Shown piece by piece: positions 1 to 8,286 of a DNA stretch of 40,993 nt (positions are counted from its first letter, which is position 1; the number at the start of each line of letters is the position of its first letter). The notes beneath the pieces are model-generated. The model was given only the letters and a program-made list of their open reading frames with translations. It was not told where the DNA came from and searched no databases. The position numbers and the translations under genes were made by a program. Source of the DNA: a bacterium (GTDB lineage Bacteria > Cyanobacteriota > Vampirovibrionia > Gastranaerophilales > Gastranaerophilaceae); the NCBI GenBank assembly GCA_017505585.1, contig JAFVOZ010000030.1:1-40993 (forward strand), read 5' to 3'.

Positions 1-1156
1 CAGTTTGTTTTTTGGGTTCTTCTTTTATTTCATTTTTTGGTTCTTCTTCAGCTTTTTCTTCTTTGATTTCTTTTTCTTCTTCTTGAGCTGGCTCAAGTGG
101 TTTTTCTGTTTCAACTTCTTCTTTTGTTTCTTCTTTTTGTTCTGTTTCGAATTCTTTTCTTTGAGTTTTTGCTATTTCAGCTTCTTTTTTTGCTTGTTTT
201 TCTTCCTCTTCGAGTTTTTCCGCTTCTTCAAGCTCTGATTTTAATGCATTGATTTTTCTTTTGTATTTTAATTTTTGTAATTTATTTTCAGGTAAAATAT
301 CTTCGAATTCGTCTTCTACTTTAACTTCTAAGGTTTTTGCAACAAGAGGCACGAGAATATTTTCTTGAAGCGAAGATAAGTTTTTGTTTAATGCGGATTT
401 GATTTCATCAAAATTATTTAAACCAACTTCAACTATAACCCCTTTCAGGCCGCCGTTAAATCTAAATGACGAAGATAGTCTTTCGAAAAGCTTTTTACCG
501 CCTTTAATTGTTGTATCAGGCATAAAAATGTAGAAATTATCGTTATCCGGCACAACAATATCGATATTTCTTACCGCTTTTCTTAACTCTTGAACAAAAT
601 GCGCCGTTTTTTTGTTTGGTGAAAGTATCATAAGAGAAGATTTTACATCATACGCAACTGAGTAATTTATTTCGCTTTGAAGGAATTTTTCACCGTATTC
701 TTCGCGTATAAAGCTGGAATCATCCAAAATCCCAACGTTTTTAAGGAAAGTATCAAAGTTTTTATCTTTGTTGTTTTTGATTCCTCTTTTAATTGCCCAA
801 ATAACACGATTTAAGAGCTCATATTCCGCTGTGTCTTCAAATAAAATTTCATCAGCACCAGCTTCGTAGGCTTCGGTGAAAAAATCTCGGTTTTTTGTGC
901 TTCCGAGTGCAATAATCGGAATTTGTTTTATGAATTTTTCTCTTTTGATATTTTTGATGAGTTTAAAAGTTGTTTGTTCATCTTCGTGCGGGAAAATTAC
1001 AACATTCGGAACCGTTTCTTTTAAAAATTCAATACAGTTTTTTTTGCCGGTGTTGAGTACTTTATCATGCCCGCGAAGTAACATAAATTTGCTTTTTATG
1101 CTCTCAAAAGTTTCTTCATTGTCAGATACTATGACGATTGTGTTACTGTATGCCAT
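1..1156 (-). CDS. Partial CDS (3' end runs off window): REC-like pseudo-receiver domain + degenerate GGDEF-like domain + Lys/Glu-rich low-complexity tail
   Basis: Own minus-strand translation from ATG at 1156..1154 gives MAYSNTIVIVSDNEETFESIKSKF... It stays open for about 385 codons down to position 2. It is missing from the ORF track because it has no stop inside the window. REC-like pattern: IVIVSDNEE / VVIFPHEDEQ / IPIIALGS / GADEILFED. RNIDIVVPDNDNFYIFMPDT aligns to the RxxD-x5-GGDEF-aillp region of diguanylate cyclases. The tail is EEAEKLEEEEKQAKKEAE...EEPKKQT. Confidence 0.7.
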   Translation of the reverse strand, partial: MAYSNTIVIVSDNEETFESIKSKFMLLRGHDKVLNTGKKNCIEFLKETVPNVVIFPHEDEQTTFKLIKNIKREKFIKQIPIIALGSTKNRDFFTEAYEAGADEILFEDTAEYELLNRVIWAIKRGIKNNKDKNFDTFLKNVGILDDSSFIREEYGEKFLQSEINYSVAYDVKSSLMILSPNKKTAHFVQELRKAVRNIDIVVPDNDNFYIFMPDTTIKGGKKLFERLSSSFRFNGGLKGVIVEVGLNNFDEIKSALNKNLSSLQENILVPLVAKTLEVKVEDEFEDILPENKLQKLKYKRKINALKSELEEAEKLEEEEKQAKKEAEIAKTQRKEFETEQKEETKEEVETEKPLEPAQEEEKEIKEEKAEEEPKNEIKEEPKKQT

Positions 1157-1214
1157 TTAACCCGCTTTTTCTAATTTTTTATATCAACTATTATAACACA
1201 ATTAAATATATTGA

Positions 1215-1243
1215 ATGACAAATAAAAACTCGTTTGGTAGAAT
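1215..1243 (+). promoter_or_regulatory. Putative sigma-70 promoter: -35 ATGACA, 17-nt spacer, extended -10 TGgTAGAAT
   Basis: ATGACA lies at 1215..1220 and TGGTAGAAT at 1235..1243. The -10 ends only 6 nt before the ATG at 1250, and no Shine-Dalgarno sequence lies between them. Confidence 0.35.
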
Positions 1244-1249
1244 AAACTT

Positions 1250-2338
1250 ATGGATAATAAGAATTATGTAAATTTATTTGTTTTAATATGTTTTGGTTTG
1301 TTGTTAAGAGTGCTTGGTAATTACGCAGGAAACGGCATTTCTGGCTCTTTAGATTTTGCAGGTGGAATCAGTGCGAATTCTTTTTTTGGTGCAAGGTCGT
1401 CTTTCGTTTTTCCTTGGCTTGCAGATAATTTGCATTTTAATTTGGGAAATTTTTTTGGCGCAGATATTTTTGGTTTAATATTTGGCATTTTGTCGATAAT
1501 TATTCTTTATTTTATCGGTTATATTTCTTCAAAAGAAAATTCAAATATGGGTTTGTTTGCAGGCACAATTTGTGCTGTAAGCGGTATGCTTATTGCATTT
1601 GGGCATAGTTTGAATTTTGTTAACTTAGTGTTTTTTATATCAAGTTTAATCGTGTTTCTTTCGCTTAAGGGTTTAAAAAATAAAAAACTTGGGAATTTAA
1701 CAGCGATTGCCGTTTTGAGCTGTCTACTTGTTTTGTTGCATCCTGTGAGCATATTTTTTGTAATTTTTAATTTTATTGCTATTTTTGCGTTTTCTAACCA
1801 AAAAGTAAAAATAGATAAGGCATTTACGAATTTTCTTTTCCCGTTAATGCTTGCAATTCCCATTTGCTTGTTTATGATTTTTGGCTTTTTAGATGTTAAA
1901 GCAAATCCTTTTTCAATTAATATAAATGATGTTTTAGTTAGCTATTCCGCGCTTTTTTCAATTAATCCCGTTGGGTTAAAGATAGCGGGCGTTAACCAAA
2001 ATATTTTAAACAGCATTGTTTTTTGGATATTTGTGTTTACTCCAAGTATAATTTCGGCTTATTTTATATTTAGAACTTTTGTTCACCAAAAACATAATAT
2101 TTATTGGGCATTGAGCACCTCATTTGCAACATTTTTTACCGTATATTTGATTTTAAATGTACTAAAAATTAATTTTGCGGCATGCCATATCATTGAAATT
2201 TACCCGCTTTTTATTTTTCTTTTTGCAAAAGGCATTATGTTGCATAAGGAAAAAGCCACAAGGGGTGTGCTTTTTGGACTATTTGTGCTTCTAAATGTGC
2301 TTGGGTGCTTGTTTTTAGGCTTGCCTGTATTAAAATAA
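1250..2338 (+). CDS. Polytopic integral membrane protein of unknown function (possibly GT-C-like glycosyltransferase fold; not established)
   Basis: 362-aa ORF made almost entirely of hydrophobic helices (about 9 or more predicted TM segments by eye). ATG start, TAA stop. No family signature recognised confidently. Confidence 0.7.
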   Translation: MDNKNYVNLFVLICFGLLLRVLGNYAGNGISGSLDFAGGISANSFFGARSSFVFPWLADNLHFNLGNFFGADIFGLIFGILSIIILYFIGYISSKENSNMGLFAGTICAVSGMLIAFGHSLNFVNLVFFISSLIVFLSLKGLKNKKLGNLTAIAVLSCLLVLLHPVSIFFVIFNFIAIFAFSNQKVKIDKAFTNFLFPLMLAIPICLFMIFGFLDVKANPFSININDVLVSYSALFSINPVGLKIAGVNQNILNSIVFWIFVFTPSIISAYFIFRTFVHQKHNIYWALSTSFATFFTVYLILNVLKINFAACHIIEIYPLFIFLFAKGIMLHKEKATRGVLFGLFVLLNVLGCLFLGLPVLK

Positions 2339-2415
2339 GAAACGTTCCAAAAAATTAATAAAAAGGCAATTTTTTTCTTTTTCCTGTTTTTATTAATATG
2401 GAAGAAGGACTTGTT

Positions 2416-3471
2416 ATGAATGTTAGGAAGATAACTGCGAATATTGGGAAAGGGGTGCAGGCGGTCGCTGAACAGGCTAAGGCCGGTGCTAAAAGTGTCA
2501 AAATGGCAAGCGCAAATATTGAATTGTCTAAACCTAAAGGCGATTCTTATGATGAAGCCCTAAACCAAACAATGGGAAAATTTGGAAAACTTCTTTCTAA
2601 TTTGAAAGACGGCGAATATATGAATATTTTGGTGACAGCATTTGGTACGGCTGTTGTTGCACCAATTTTCATTGCGTTTAACCCGTTAAGTAAAAAAGAT
2701 AAAGAGACAAAAATGTATTCAGCCCTAAGACAACCAATTTCGGCAGTTATTGCGGTTGCTGCTCAAATGAGTGTTGTTAAAGCATTGAATGATGCTCTTG
2801 ATAAATATGCTTCAACGGGCGGTGTTGAAGGGATGGATTTAAGAGCTAAACAAAAGGATTCTTATCTCAAAAAAATCATAAAAATGGAAAAACCAAACAT
2901 CAGCAAAGAAGATTTACTGAAGGAAATTAAAGCACGCCAAGATGCTACATTTAGACAAGCAATTGAAGAAGAAACAAAAAATTTGCAGAATGTCGCAACA
3001 GAAGATATTTTAACTAAAGAAAATGCAATTTGTGTTAAGGATTACACAAACAAAATAAAAGAACTCAAAAGTGCAAATAATGGTAAGGTGCCAAAAGATG
3101 CAAAAATCGAAGACGAAATTTTGGCATCCATTAAAGAAACTGTTAAGAAAAATGCCGAAAAGCTTCTTGAAGAAAAGCCTGATAAATATGCAAATATCGA
3201 AGAAGCGACAAGGGCTGCAACAATAGAAAAATTTGTGAATGCTAAAATTGCAAAAGCAGGCGATATGTTAAGCTCTAATAAGAAATATCTCGGCATTGTA
3301 TTGAGTCTTTTAACTCTGCCTGTAACTTGTGGTATTTTGAACTGGGCATATCCAAGAATTGTTGAAAAATTCTTCCCAAGCCTTGCAAATTCTAAAAAAG
3401 AATCTGAAGCAAAAAAAGCTGAAGCCCAAGTTCAACCTTCGGCACAAAAAATTGAGAAGGAGGGCAAATAA
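2416..3471 (+). CDS. Hypothetical membrane protein with long charged helical middle region (paralog of the downstream gene)
   Basis: The track ORF is 2398..3471. I prefer the ATG at 2416 because GAAGGA (2404..2409) sits 6 nt upstream. Architecture: TM (NILVTAFGTAVVAPIFIAF), KKDKETK loop, amphipathic/TM helix, about 170 aa of Lys/Glu-rich helical region, C-terminal TM (YLGIVLSLLTLPVTCGILNWAY), then VEKFF and a Lys-rich tail. Confidence 0.7.
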   Translation: MNVRKITANIGKGVQAVAEQAKAGAKSVKMASANIELSKPKGDSYDEALNQTMGKFGKLLSNLKDGEYMNILVTAFGTAVVAPIFIAFNPLSKKDKETKMYSALRQPISAVIAVAAQMSVVKALNDALDKYASTGGVEGMDLRAKQKDSYLKKIIKMEKPNISKEDLLKEIKARQDATFRQAIEEETKNLQNVATEDILTKENAICVKDYTNKIKELKSANNGKVPKDAKIEDEILASIKETVKKNAEKLLEEKPDKYANIEEATRAATIEKFVNAKIAKAGDMLSSNKKYLGIVLSLLTLPVTCGILNWAYPRIVEKFFPSLANSKKESEAKKAEAQVQPSAQKIEKEGK

Positions 3472-4172
3472 TGGGAATAGGTGTTAAAGCTATAAACCGC
3501 CTTTCTAATTCAAAAATGATGAAAAGTTTGTGCAAGCCATCCGTTGCGGGTGCAGCATCTGCTATTGCTCTTGCTTCGACCACTTCGAAGGATGTTGTTG
3601 CAACATACTATTATGTAACGCAATCAATGAAAAACAAAAAAATCCCTGAAGAAAAAAGATCTTTCGTTGCAGCTCTTGACCTCGGAAACGGCATTATGAA
3701 CGTAATCACAGCGTTTGCAATCGGACTTCCAATGAAGGGCTGGATGGAAAAATTATTTGATAAAAAGATTGCTCCTAAATATTTTAATGAAAAAACATTA
3801 AAAGATAATACTATGAAGTTGCTTGAAAAATCAAAAGAAGCTTTTGATGAAAAAAGATTTCAAGAATCTCTTTCAAAACTCAACATGGGAAAAGGTCTTG
3901 CAAGAACAGGGCTTTGCGTTTTAGGAACACTTGTTGGTTCTCAAATCATAGGAAAAAGAATAATTACTCCGCTTTTTGCAACTCCTATGGCTGATGTTTT
4001 TGAAAAGATTTTCAAAAAAGATAAAGGCGATAAAAAACCTGAAAAAGAATTAACAAGCGAAGAAAAAGTTGAAATTGTAAATTCTCAAATGCCGCAAAAT
4101 GCAGCAAATAAAATTAACCTAGACATTTCGGCAGAACAATTGCCTGAAAACTTTAAAAAGTTCCAAGCATAA
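3471..4172 (+). CDS. Hypothetical membrane protein, shorter paralog of the upstream gene
   Basis: The ATG overlaps the upstream TAA by 1 nt (TAATG), suggesting translational coupling. It has the same layout as the upstream protein: TM, KNKKIPEEKR loop, TM (GIMNVITAFAIGLPM), helical region, TM (GLCVLGTLVGSQIIG), then FEKIF and a Lys-rich tail. Confidence 0.7.
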   Translation: MGIGVKAINRLSNSKMMKSLCKPSVAGAASAIALASTTSKDVVATYYYVTQSMKNKKIPEEKRSFVAALDLGNGIMNVITAFAIGLPMKGWMEKLFDKKIAPKYFNEKTLKDNTMKLLEKSKEAFDEKRFQESLSKLNMGKGLARTGLCVLGTLVGSQIIGKRIITPLFATPMADVFEKIFKKDKGDKKPEKELTSEEKVEIVNSQMPQNAANKINLDISAEQLPENFKKFQA

Positions 4173-4707
4173 TTTCAACTTGCTTTTTTAATTCTTCAAA
4201 GCTTGAGTTGTTCTTAATTATGTAATTCGATTTTTCGATTTTGCCTTTTTCGGGTGCTTGTGCTGAGATTTTCTTTTGTGCAAAATTTTTGTCGCAATTA
4301 TCTCTTTTCATTACCCTTTTGAGCCTTGTGTTTTCATCTGCTGTAACGAATATAATTTTATCAAACATTGTGTCAAAACCAGCTTCAAAAAGAAGCGGAA
4401 CGGAAACAAAAATAAGCTTTTCTCAGGAGTTTTTTTGGAAAAAATTTAAAATTTCAGATTTCACAAACGGGTGGATGATTTTTTCAAGCTCAAGTTTTTT
4501 TTGAGCATCGTTAAACACAATTTGCGCTATTTCTTTTTTTTCTGATGTGCTAAATGTATTTTCAAGTTGGGCAAGAATTTTTTCATTTTGATATAGATTT
4601 GCAACAATTTTATCTGCGCAAAGAGTTTTATACCCATACGACTTTAAAATATCTTCAACAGCAGATTTTCCTGAGGCAATATTGCCTGTTATTGCAACTT
4701 TTTTCAT
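4153..4707 (-). pseudogene. coaE: Dephospho-CoA kinase (CoaE) interrupted by one in-frame TGA at 4423..4425
   Basis: Track ORFs 4423..4707 and 4153..4368 share the same frame. The read-through translation is MKKVAITGNIASGKSAV...IIHPFVKSEILNFFQKNS*EKLIFVSVPLLFEAGFDTMFDKIIFVTADENTRLKRVMKRD... The P-loop, the PLLFE motif and the R..R region are all present and collinear with CoaE. Confidence 0.8.
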
Positions 4708-4730
4708 AACTTTATTTTAGTTTATTAGTT

Positions 4731-4739
4731 TGTTATAAT
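4731..4739 (+). promoter_or_regulatory. Extended -10 element TGtTATAAT upstream of recJ
   Basis: TGTTATAAT at 4731..4739 is followed by the Shine-Dalgarno sequence GAGGGGAG (4746..4753) and the TTG start at 4759. Confidence 0.4.
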
Positions 4740-4758
4740 CAAGCTGAGGGGAGTTATT

Positions 4759-7041
4759 TTGAAAAGCAATTGGAAAATCAAAGAGGGCAACAAGAATTTT
4801 AATGTTGTTGAAAATATTTTGTTTTCAAGAGGAATCAAAGAAGAAGATTTTTCCGATTTTTTAACTTATTCAAACGCGCAAATTGAGGGTTTAAAATATT
4901 TTCAAGATATGGAGCGCGCAGTTTCCAGAATAAAGTGTGTTATTGAAAACAAAGAAAAAATATTAATTTGGGGAGATTTTGACTGTGACGGCGTAACATC
5001 AAGCGTTATTATGTCAAAATGCCTTGATGCCTTGGGTGCCAATTATCTTCACTTTATTCCACACAGAATAAAAAATGGGCACGGGCTTGATTTAAGTGTG
5101 CTCATACCATACATTACGCGTGAAAAAATTAAGCTTTTAATTACTTTCGATTGCGGTATTTCAGACGCTAAAATCATACAAACTTTAAAGAGTATGAAAA
5201 TTGACACAATTATTACCGACCACCACGCGCAGAATGAAAAAGTTGAATCTGCTTATGCGGTGATTGATGCGAATGCGAAAGATAGTTTGCGTCCTGATTT
5301 GCCTGTTAAAGATATTGGAGAAATTTCAATGTTATCAGGCGCGGGCGTTGCTTATTTGCTTTCTCTTGAACTTTTGCGCGGTGAAGCGCAAACGGAATTA
5401 GAAAAAGAGCTCCTTGTTCTTGCAACAATTGGAACAATAGGTGATATTGTACCGCTTTTAGGGCTAAACAGGCAAATTGTAAAAGCGGGGCTTAAGGAAA
5501 TAAATAACGGCAATTACCCCGTAATTGAAAAAATCTTTGCGCTTGCCCGAGTTGAAGGTCAAATTACATCAGAGATGATAGCCTTTACGCTTGTTCCAAG
5601 AATTAATGCCTCGGGAAGGTTGTCTGATGCGAGTGAAGCATATCTTGCGCTATATACAAACAATGAATTTACAATGGCGGAAAACATTGAAAAATTAAAC
5701 AATTTGAACGCAATCAGACAGGCGTTGTCTGATGAAATTTATGCTGAGTGCTGTACAAAAATTCAAAATCAAAATTCGCCCATGATTTTTTTAGAGGATA
5801 AGTCTTGGCACATTGGGATAATTGGGCTTGTTGCCTCTCGCCTTGTAGAAAAATACCAAAAGCCCGTATTTATTGCAACATACGACGAAAATAATATTGG
5901 CAGGTGCTCAATTCGCGGGGTTGAACCTTTTAGTATTTCAACTATTTTGGCCGATAATAAAGAATTATTTATAACATCGGGCGGGCATAAATTTGCGGGC
6001 GGTTTTTCTTTTGACCCTGAAAATTATTCGTTTTCTCAAATTGCTGCAAAATTGAATTCCGATGTGGATGAAATAAACAAGAATTTTAAGCCTGAAGTGC
6101 TTATCGACCTTGAACTTAGCGCAAGTGAAATAAATCTTGAATTAATTGAAAAATTATCTCTTCTCGAGCCTTTTGGTGAAGCAAACGAACCCCCTTGTTT
6201 TTTGCTTAAAGATGCAATACTTAAAAATTTTAAGCAAATTGGGAAAGAAGGAAAACATCTGAGATTAACTTTTGAGCAAAACGGGTATTTTATTCCTTGC
6301 GTTTGGTGGAATAAGCCGAGTTTTAAAGGGCTGGAGGGAGAGGTTGCCGACGTTATTTTTACTCTAAAAGAAAATGAATTCAACGGAGAAAAGAATATCC
6401 AAGCGGAAATAATTGATATTGATATGCCGAGTTTAGAAAAAGCAAATGTACTTAAAACCTTTGATTATAGAAAAAAAGAGGATATATACGATACCTTGAA
6501 TACTTTTTTTGCAAAAAATTCGGATATTAAAATTTATGCTAAAAAGTTTGCAACAATTAAAAAATTAGAAAATTATGAAAATTTAAAAAATGCAATTTTA
6601 GCTTGCGGTGAAAAAGCGGAAAAAATAATGTTTTTTGACTATCCTTCTGATTGCTGTTCAATTAATTTAATTATAGAAAATGCTGAGGCGAATGTTGCTT
6701 ATTTTATGAAAGAAGAATTTTCATCTAACCTTGAAACTTATATTTTTGACATTTTTAAAATGCTGAAATTTGCACAAAGAAAAAAAGAAGGTATTTTTGA
6801 AATATCTAAAATGGCGCAAGGTCTTGGGGTCACAGATGATTTTGTGCAATTTGCAATTGATATCTTGCAAGATAAAAATATAATTGAAATTTTAGAAAAT
6901 AAGGTTCTGAATTTGCAAGAAGATGCATTTGAGCTTGTGCCGGATGAAATAACGGAAAACATTATCGAAGAATTTGAATTTATAAAAAGGGCGAAGCAGT
7001 TTGTGAACAGTTCTCCTATTGAGATTTTACTCGATACTTAG
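4759..7041 (+). CDS. recJ: Single-stranded-DNA-specific exonuclease RecJ
   Basis: DHH-family motifs are present: IWGDFDCDGVTS, FDCGISD, ITDHHA and GGHKFAGG (DHHA1). 760 aa. TTG start preceded by a strong Shine-Dalgarno sequence. Confidence 0.9.
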   Translation: MKSNWKIKEGNKNFNVVENILFSRGIKEEDFSDFLTYSNAQIEGLKYFQDMERAVSRIKCVIENKEKILIWGDFDCDGVTSSVIMSKCLDALGANYLHFIPHRIKNGHGLDLSVLIPYITREKIKLLITFDCGISDAKIIQTLKSMKIDTIITDHHAQNEKVESAYAVIDANAKDSLRPDLPVKDIGEISMLSGAGVAYLLSLELLRGEAQTELEKELLVLATIGTIGDIVPLLGLNRQIVKAGLKEINNGNYPVIEKIFALARVEGQITSEMIAFTLVPRINASGRLSDASEAYLALYTNNEFTMAENIEKLNNLNAIRQALSDEIYAECCTKIQNQNSPMIFLEDKSWHIGIIGLVASRLVEKYQKPVFIATYDENNIGRCSIRGVEPFSISTILADNKELFITSGGHKFAGGFSFDPENYSFSQIAAKLNSDVDEINKNFKPEVLIDLELSASEINLELIEKLSLLEPFGEANEPPCFLLKDAILKNFKQIGKEGKHLRLTFEQNGYFIPCVWWNKPSFKGLEGEVADVIFTLKENEFNGEKNIQAEIIDIDMPSLEKANVLKTFDYRKKEDIYDTLNTFFAKNSDIKIYAKKFATIKKLENYENLKNAILACGEKAEKIMFFDYPSDCCSINLIIENAEANVAYFMKEEFSSNLETYIFDIFKMLKFAQRKKEGIFEISKMAQGLGVTDDFVQFAIDILQDKNIIEILENKVLNLQEDAFELVPDEITENIIEEFEFIKRAKQFVNSSPIEILLDT

Positions 7042-7511
7042 AGTTTTATTAAAGCCGTTACTTTTGTGTTTCCTCTTTCCCAGAAAATAATATAGCTATC
7101 GTTTCCTTCGTCGTAGCGTATTTCCGCCTTTTGATGCACAAATTCTGCGCTATCTTCTCCCAAGTGGTCTTTTTTGTGCCAAAATTGCCAACTTTTATCT
7201 TTTTTCAGGGTCTTTTTATCTTTTTTGATTGTTTCAATTTTCAAAATCGGAGCTTTTGCTCTAATTACCCCGTTTGAGTGAATAATTAAAAAATCAAATT
7301 CATCAGATAATTTTGTTTTATAAAATCCTTTTTTAATCCCGTAGCCTGAATCAGAAACTATATCTTGCGGGATGATAAGAGTTGGGTTGTTATCGTCTTT
7401 AAGCTCGCTATATGGTGCTTTTTCAGCATCTAATTCGCCGCTTTTATACCTTTTAAAAGGCAGAGCTTCTTCTACTGTATAATATGCAATTACATTACAA
7501 TCAATTAGCAT
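7038..7511 (-). CDS. Hypothetical protein (157 aa), last gene of the lgt operon
   Basis: The ORF overlaps the lgt stop by 11 nt and converges on recJ with a 4-nt overlap. Its composition is not low-complexity. No family recognised. Confidence 0.55.
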   Translation of the reverse strand: MLIDCNVIAYYTVEEALPFKRYKSGELDAEKAPYSELKDDNNPTLIIPQDIVSDSGYGIKKGFYKTKLSDEFDFLIIHSNGVIRAKAPILKIETIKKDKKTLKKDKSWQFWHKKDHLGEDSAEFVHQKAEIRYDEGNDSYIIFWERGNTKVTALIKL

Positions 7512-8283
7512 TTTTTCTGGTTACCAAAATTCCTGTTATTCCTATTATAAACATAAGGATAGATGCGATTTGTGCAACGGGGAATATTCCGATATTTAAA
7601 ACACTGTCTACCCTCAAGCTTTCAACTAAAAATCTTGCAATTGCATATAAAATAAAATAAGAAAAGAAAATAATGCCAGTTTTTTGGCCCTTTTTTGTTA
7701 GATATAAAAGAACCGCAAAAATTACAAGATTTAAAATTGATTCATATAAAAATGTCGGGTGAAAAAATTCGAAATTTGCATATTGTTCGGGTCTTAGGTT
7801 TTCAGGCACATATAGCCCCCATGGAAGTTTCGTTGGGGTGCCAAATGCCTCGGAGTTAAAAAAGTTCCCCCATCTTCCGATTGCTTGCCCGATTGGCAGA
7901 CCCAAAATACAGACATCAGCACAGAGTAAAACATTTTGTTTTTTTATTCTGCAATAAATAATTCCTGCAATTATTCCAAAAATAATTGCCCCGTGAATGC
8001 TTAATCCTCCGTGCCAAATGGCAAAGATTTCTTCGGGTTGCACCGCGTAAAACGGTAAATTCAAAAGAACATAATATAATCTTGCGCCTAAAATTCCTGA
8101 AATAACAACAACTGGGAATAAATCCAAAAGAAAATCGAAACTTATTTTGTTTTTATATATTTTTTTTGTGATAAAAAATATGGCGCACATTGCACAAATA
8201 AGTGCAACAGACATCACAATTCCGTAAAATTTTATGTTCATCCCAAAAATTTCAAACGAATTTGTTGAAGGCGGATGCATCAT
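7501..8283 (-). CDS. lgt: Prolipoprotein diacylglyceryl transferase
   Basis: GRWGNFFNSEAFG motif, HGGLSIHGAI, and a multi-TM layout typical of Lgt. It ends in TGA. Confidence 0.9.
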   Translation of the reverse strand: MMHPPSTNSFEIFGMNIKFYGIVMSVALICAMCAIFFITKKIYKNKISFDFLLDLFPVVVISGILGARLYYVLLNLPFYAVQPEEIFAIWHGGLSIHGAIIFGIIAGIIYCRIKKQNVLLCADVCILGLPIGQAIGRWGNFFNSEAFGTPTKLPWGLYVPENLRPEQYANFEFFHPTFLYESILNLVIFAVLLYLTKKGQKTGIIFFSYFILYAIARFLVESLRVDSVLNIGIFPVAQIASILMFIIGITGILVTRKNAN

Positions 8284-8286
8284 GAA

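Noticed and set aside
5-238. 77-aa poly-Phe ORF on the plus strand
   Set aside because: It is the antisense shadow of the Lys/Glu-rich (GAA/AAA-rich) tail of the minus-strand REC-GGDEF-like gene. Its composition is extremely low-complexity.
876-1160. 94-aa plus-strand ORF
   Set aside because: It lies entirely inside the minus-strand gene 1..1156 and is antisense to it. The minus-strand gene has recognisable domain patterns.
4423-4425. Genome-wide reassignment of TGA (code 4 or 25) as the explanation for the in-frame TGA in coaE
   Set aside because: TGA appears to act as a genuine stop elsewhere in the window. engB ends TGA-TTT-TGA at 26177. Reading through it would add about 55 codons antisense to the SpoU gene. 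lgt also ends in TGA at 7501. All other conserved genes are full length under the standard code.
4241-4504. 87-aa plus-strand ORF spanning the coaE interruption
   Set aside because: It is antisense to coaE, whose two halves both carry family motifs. There is no independent support for it.
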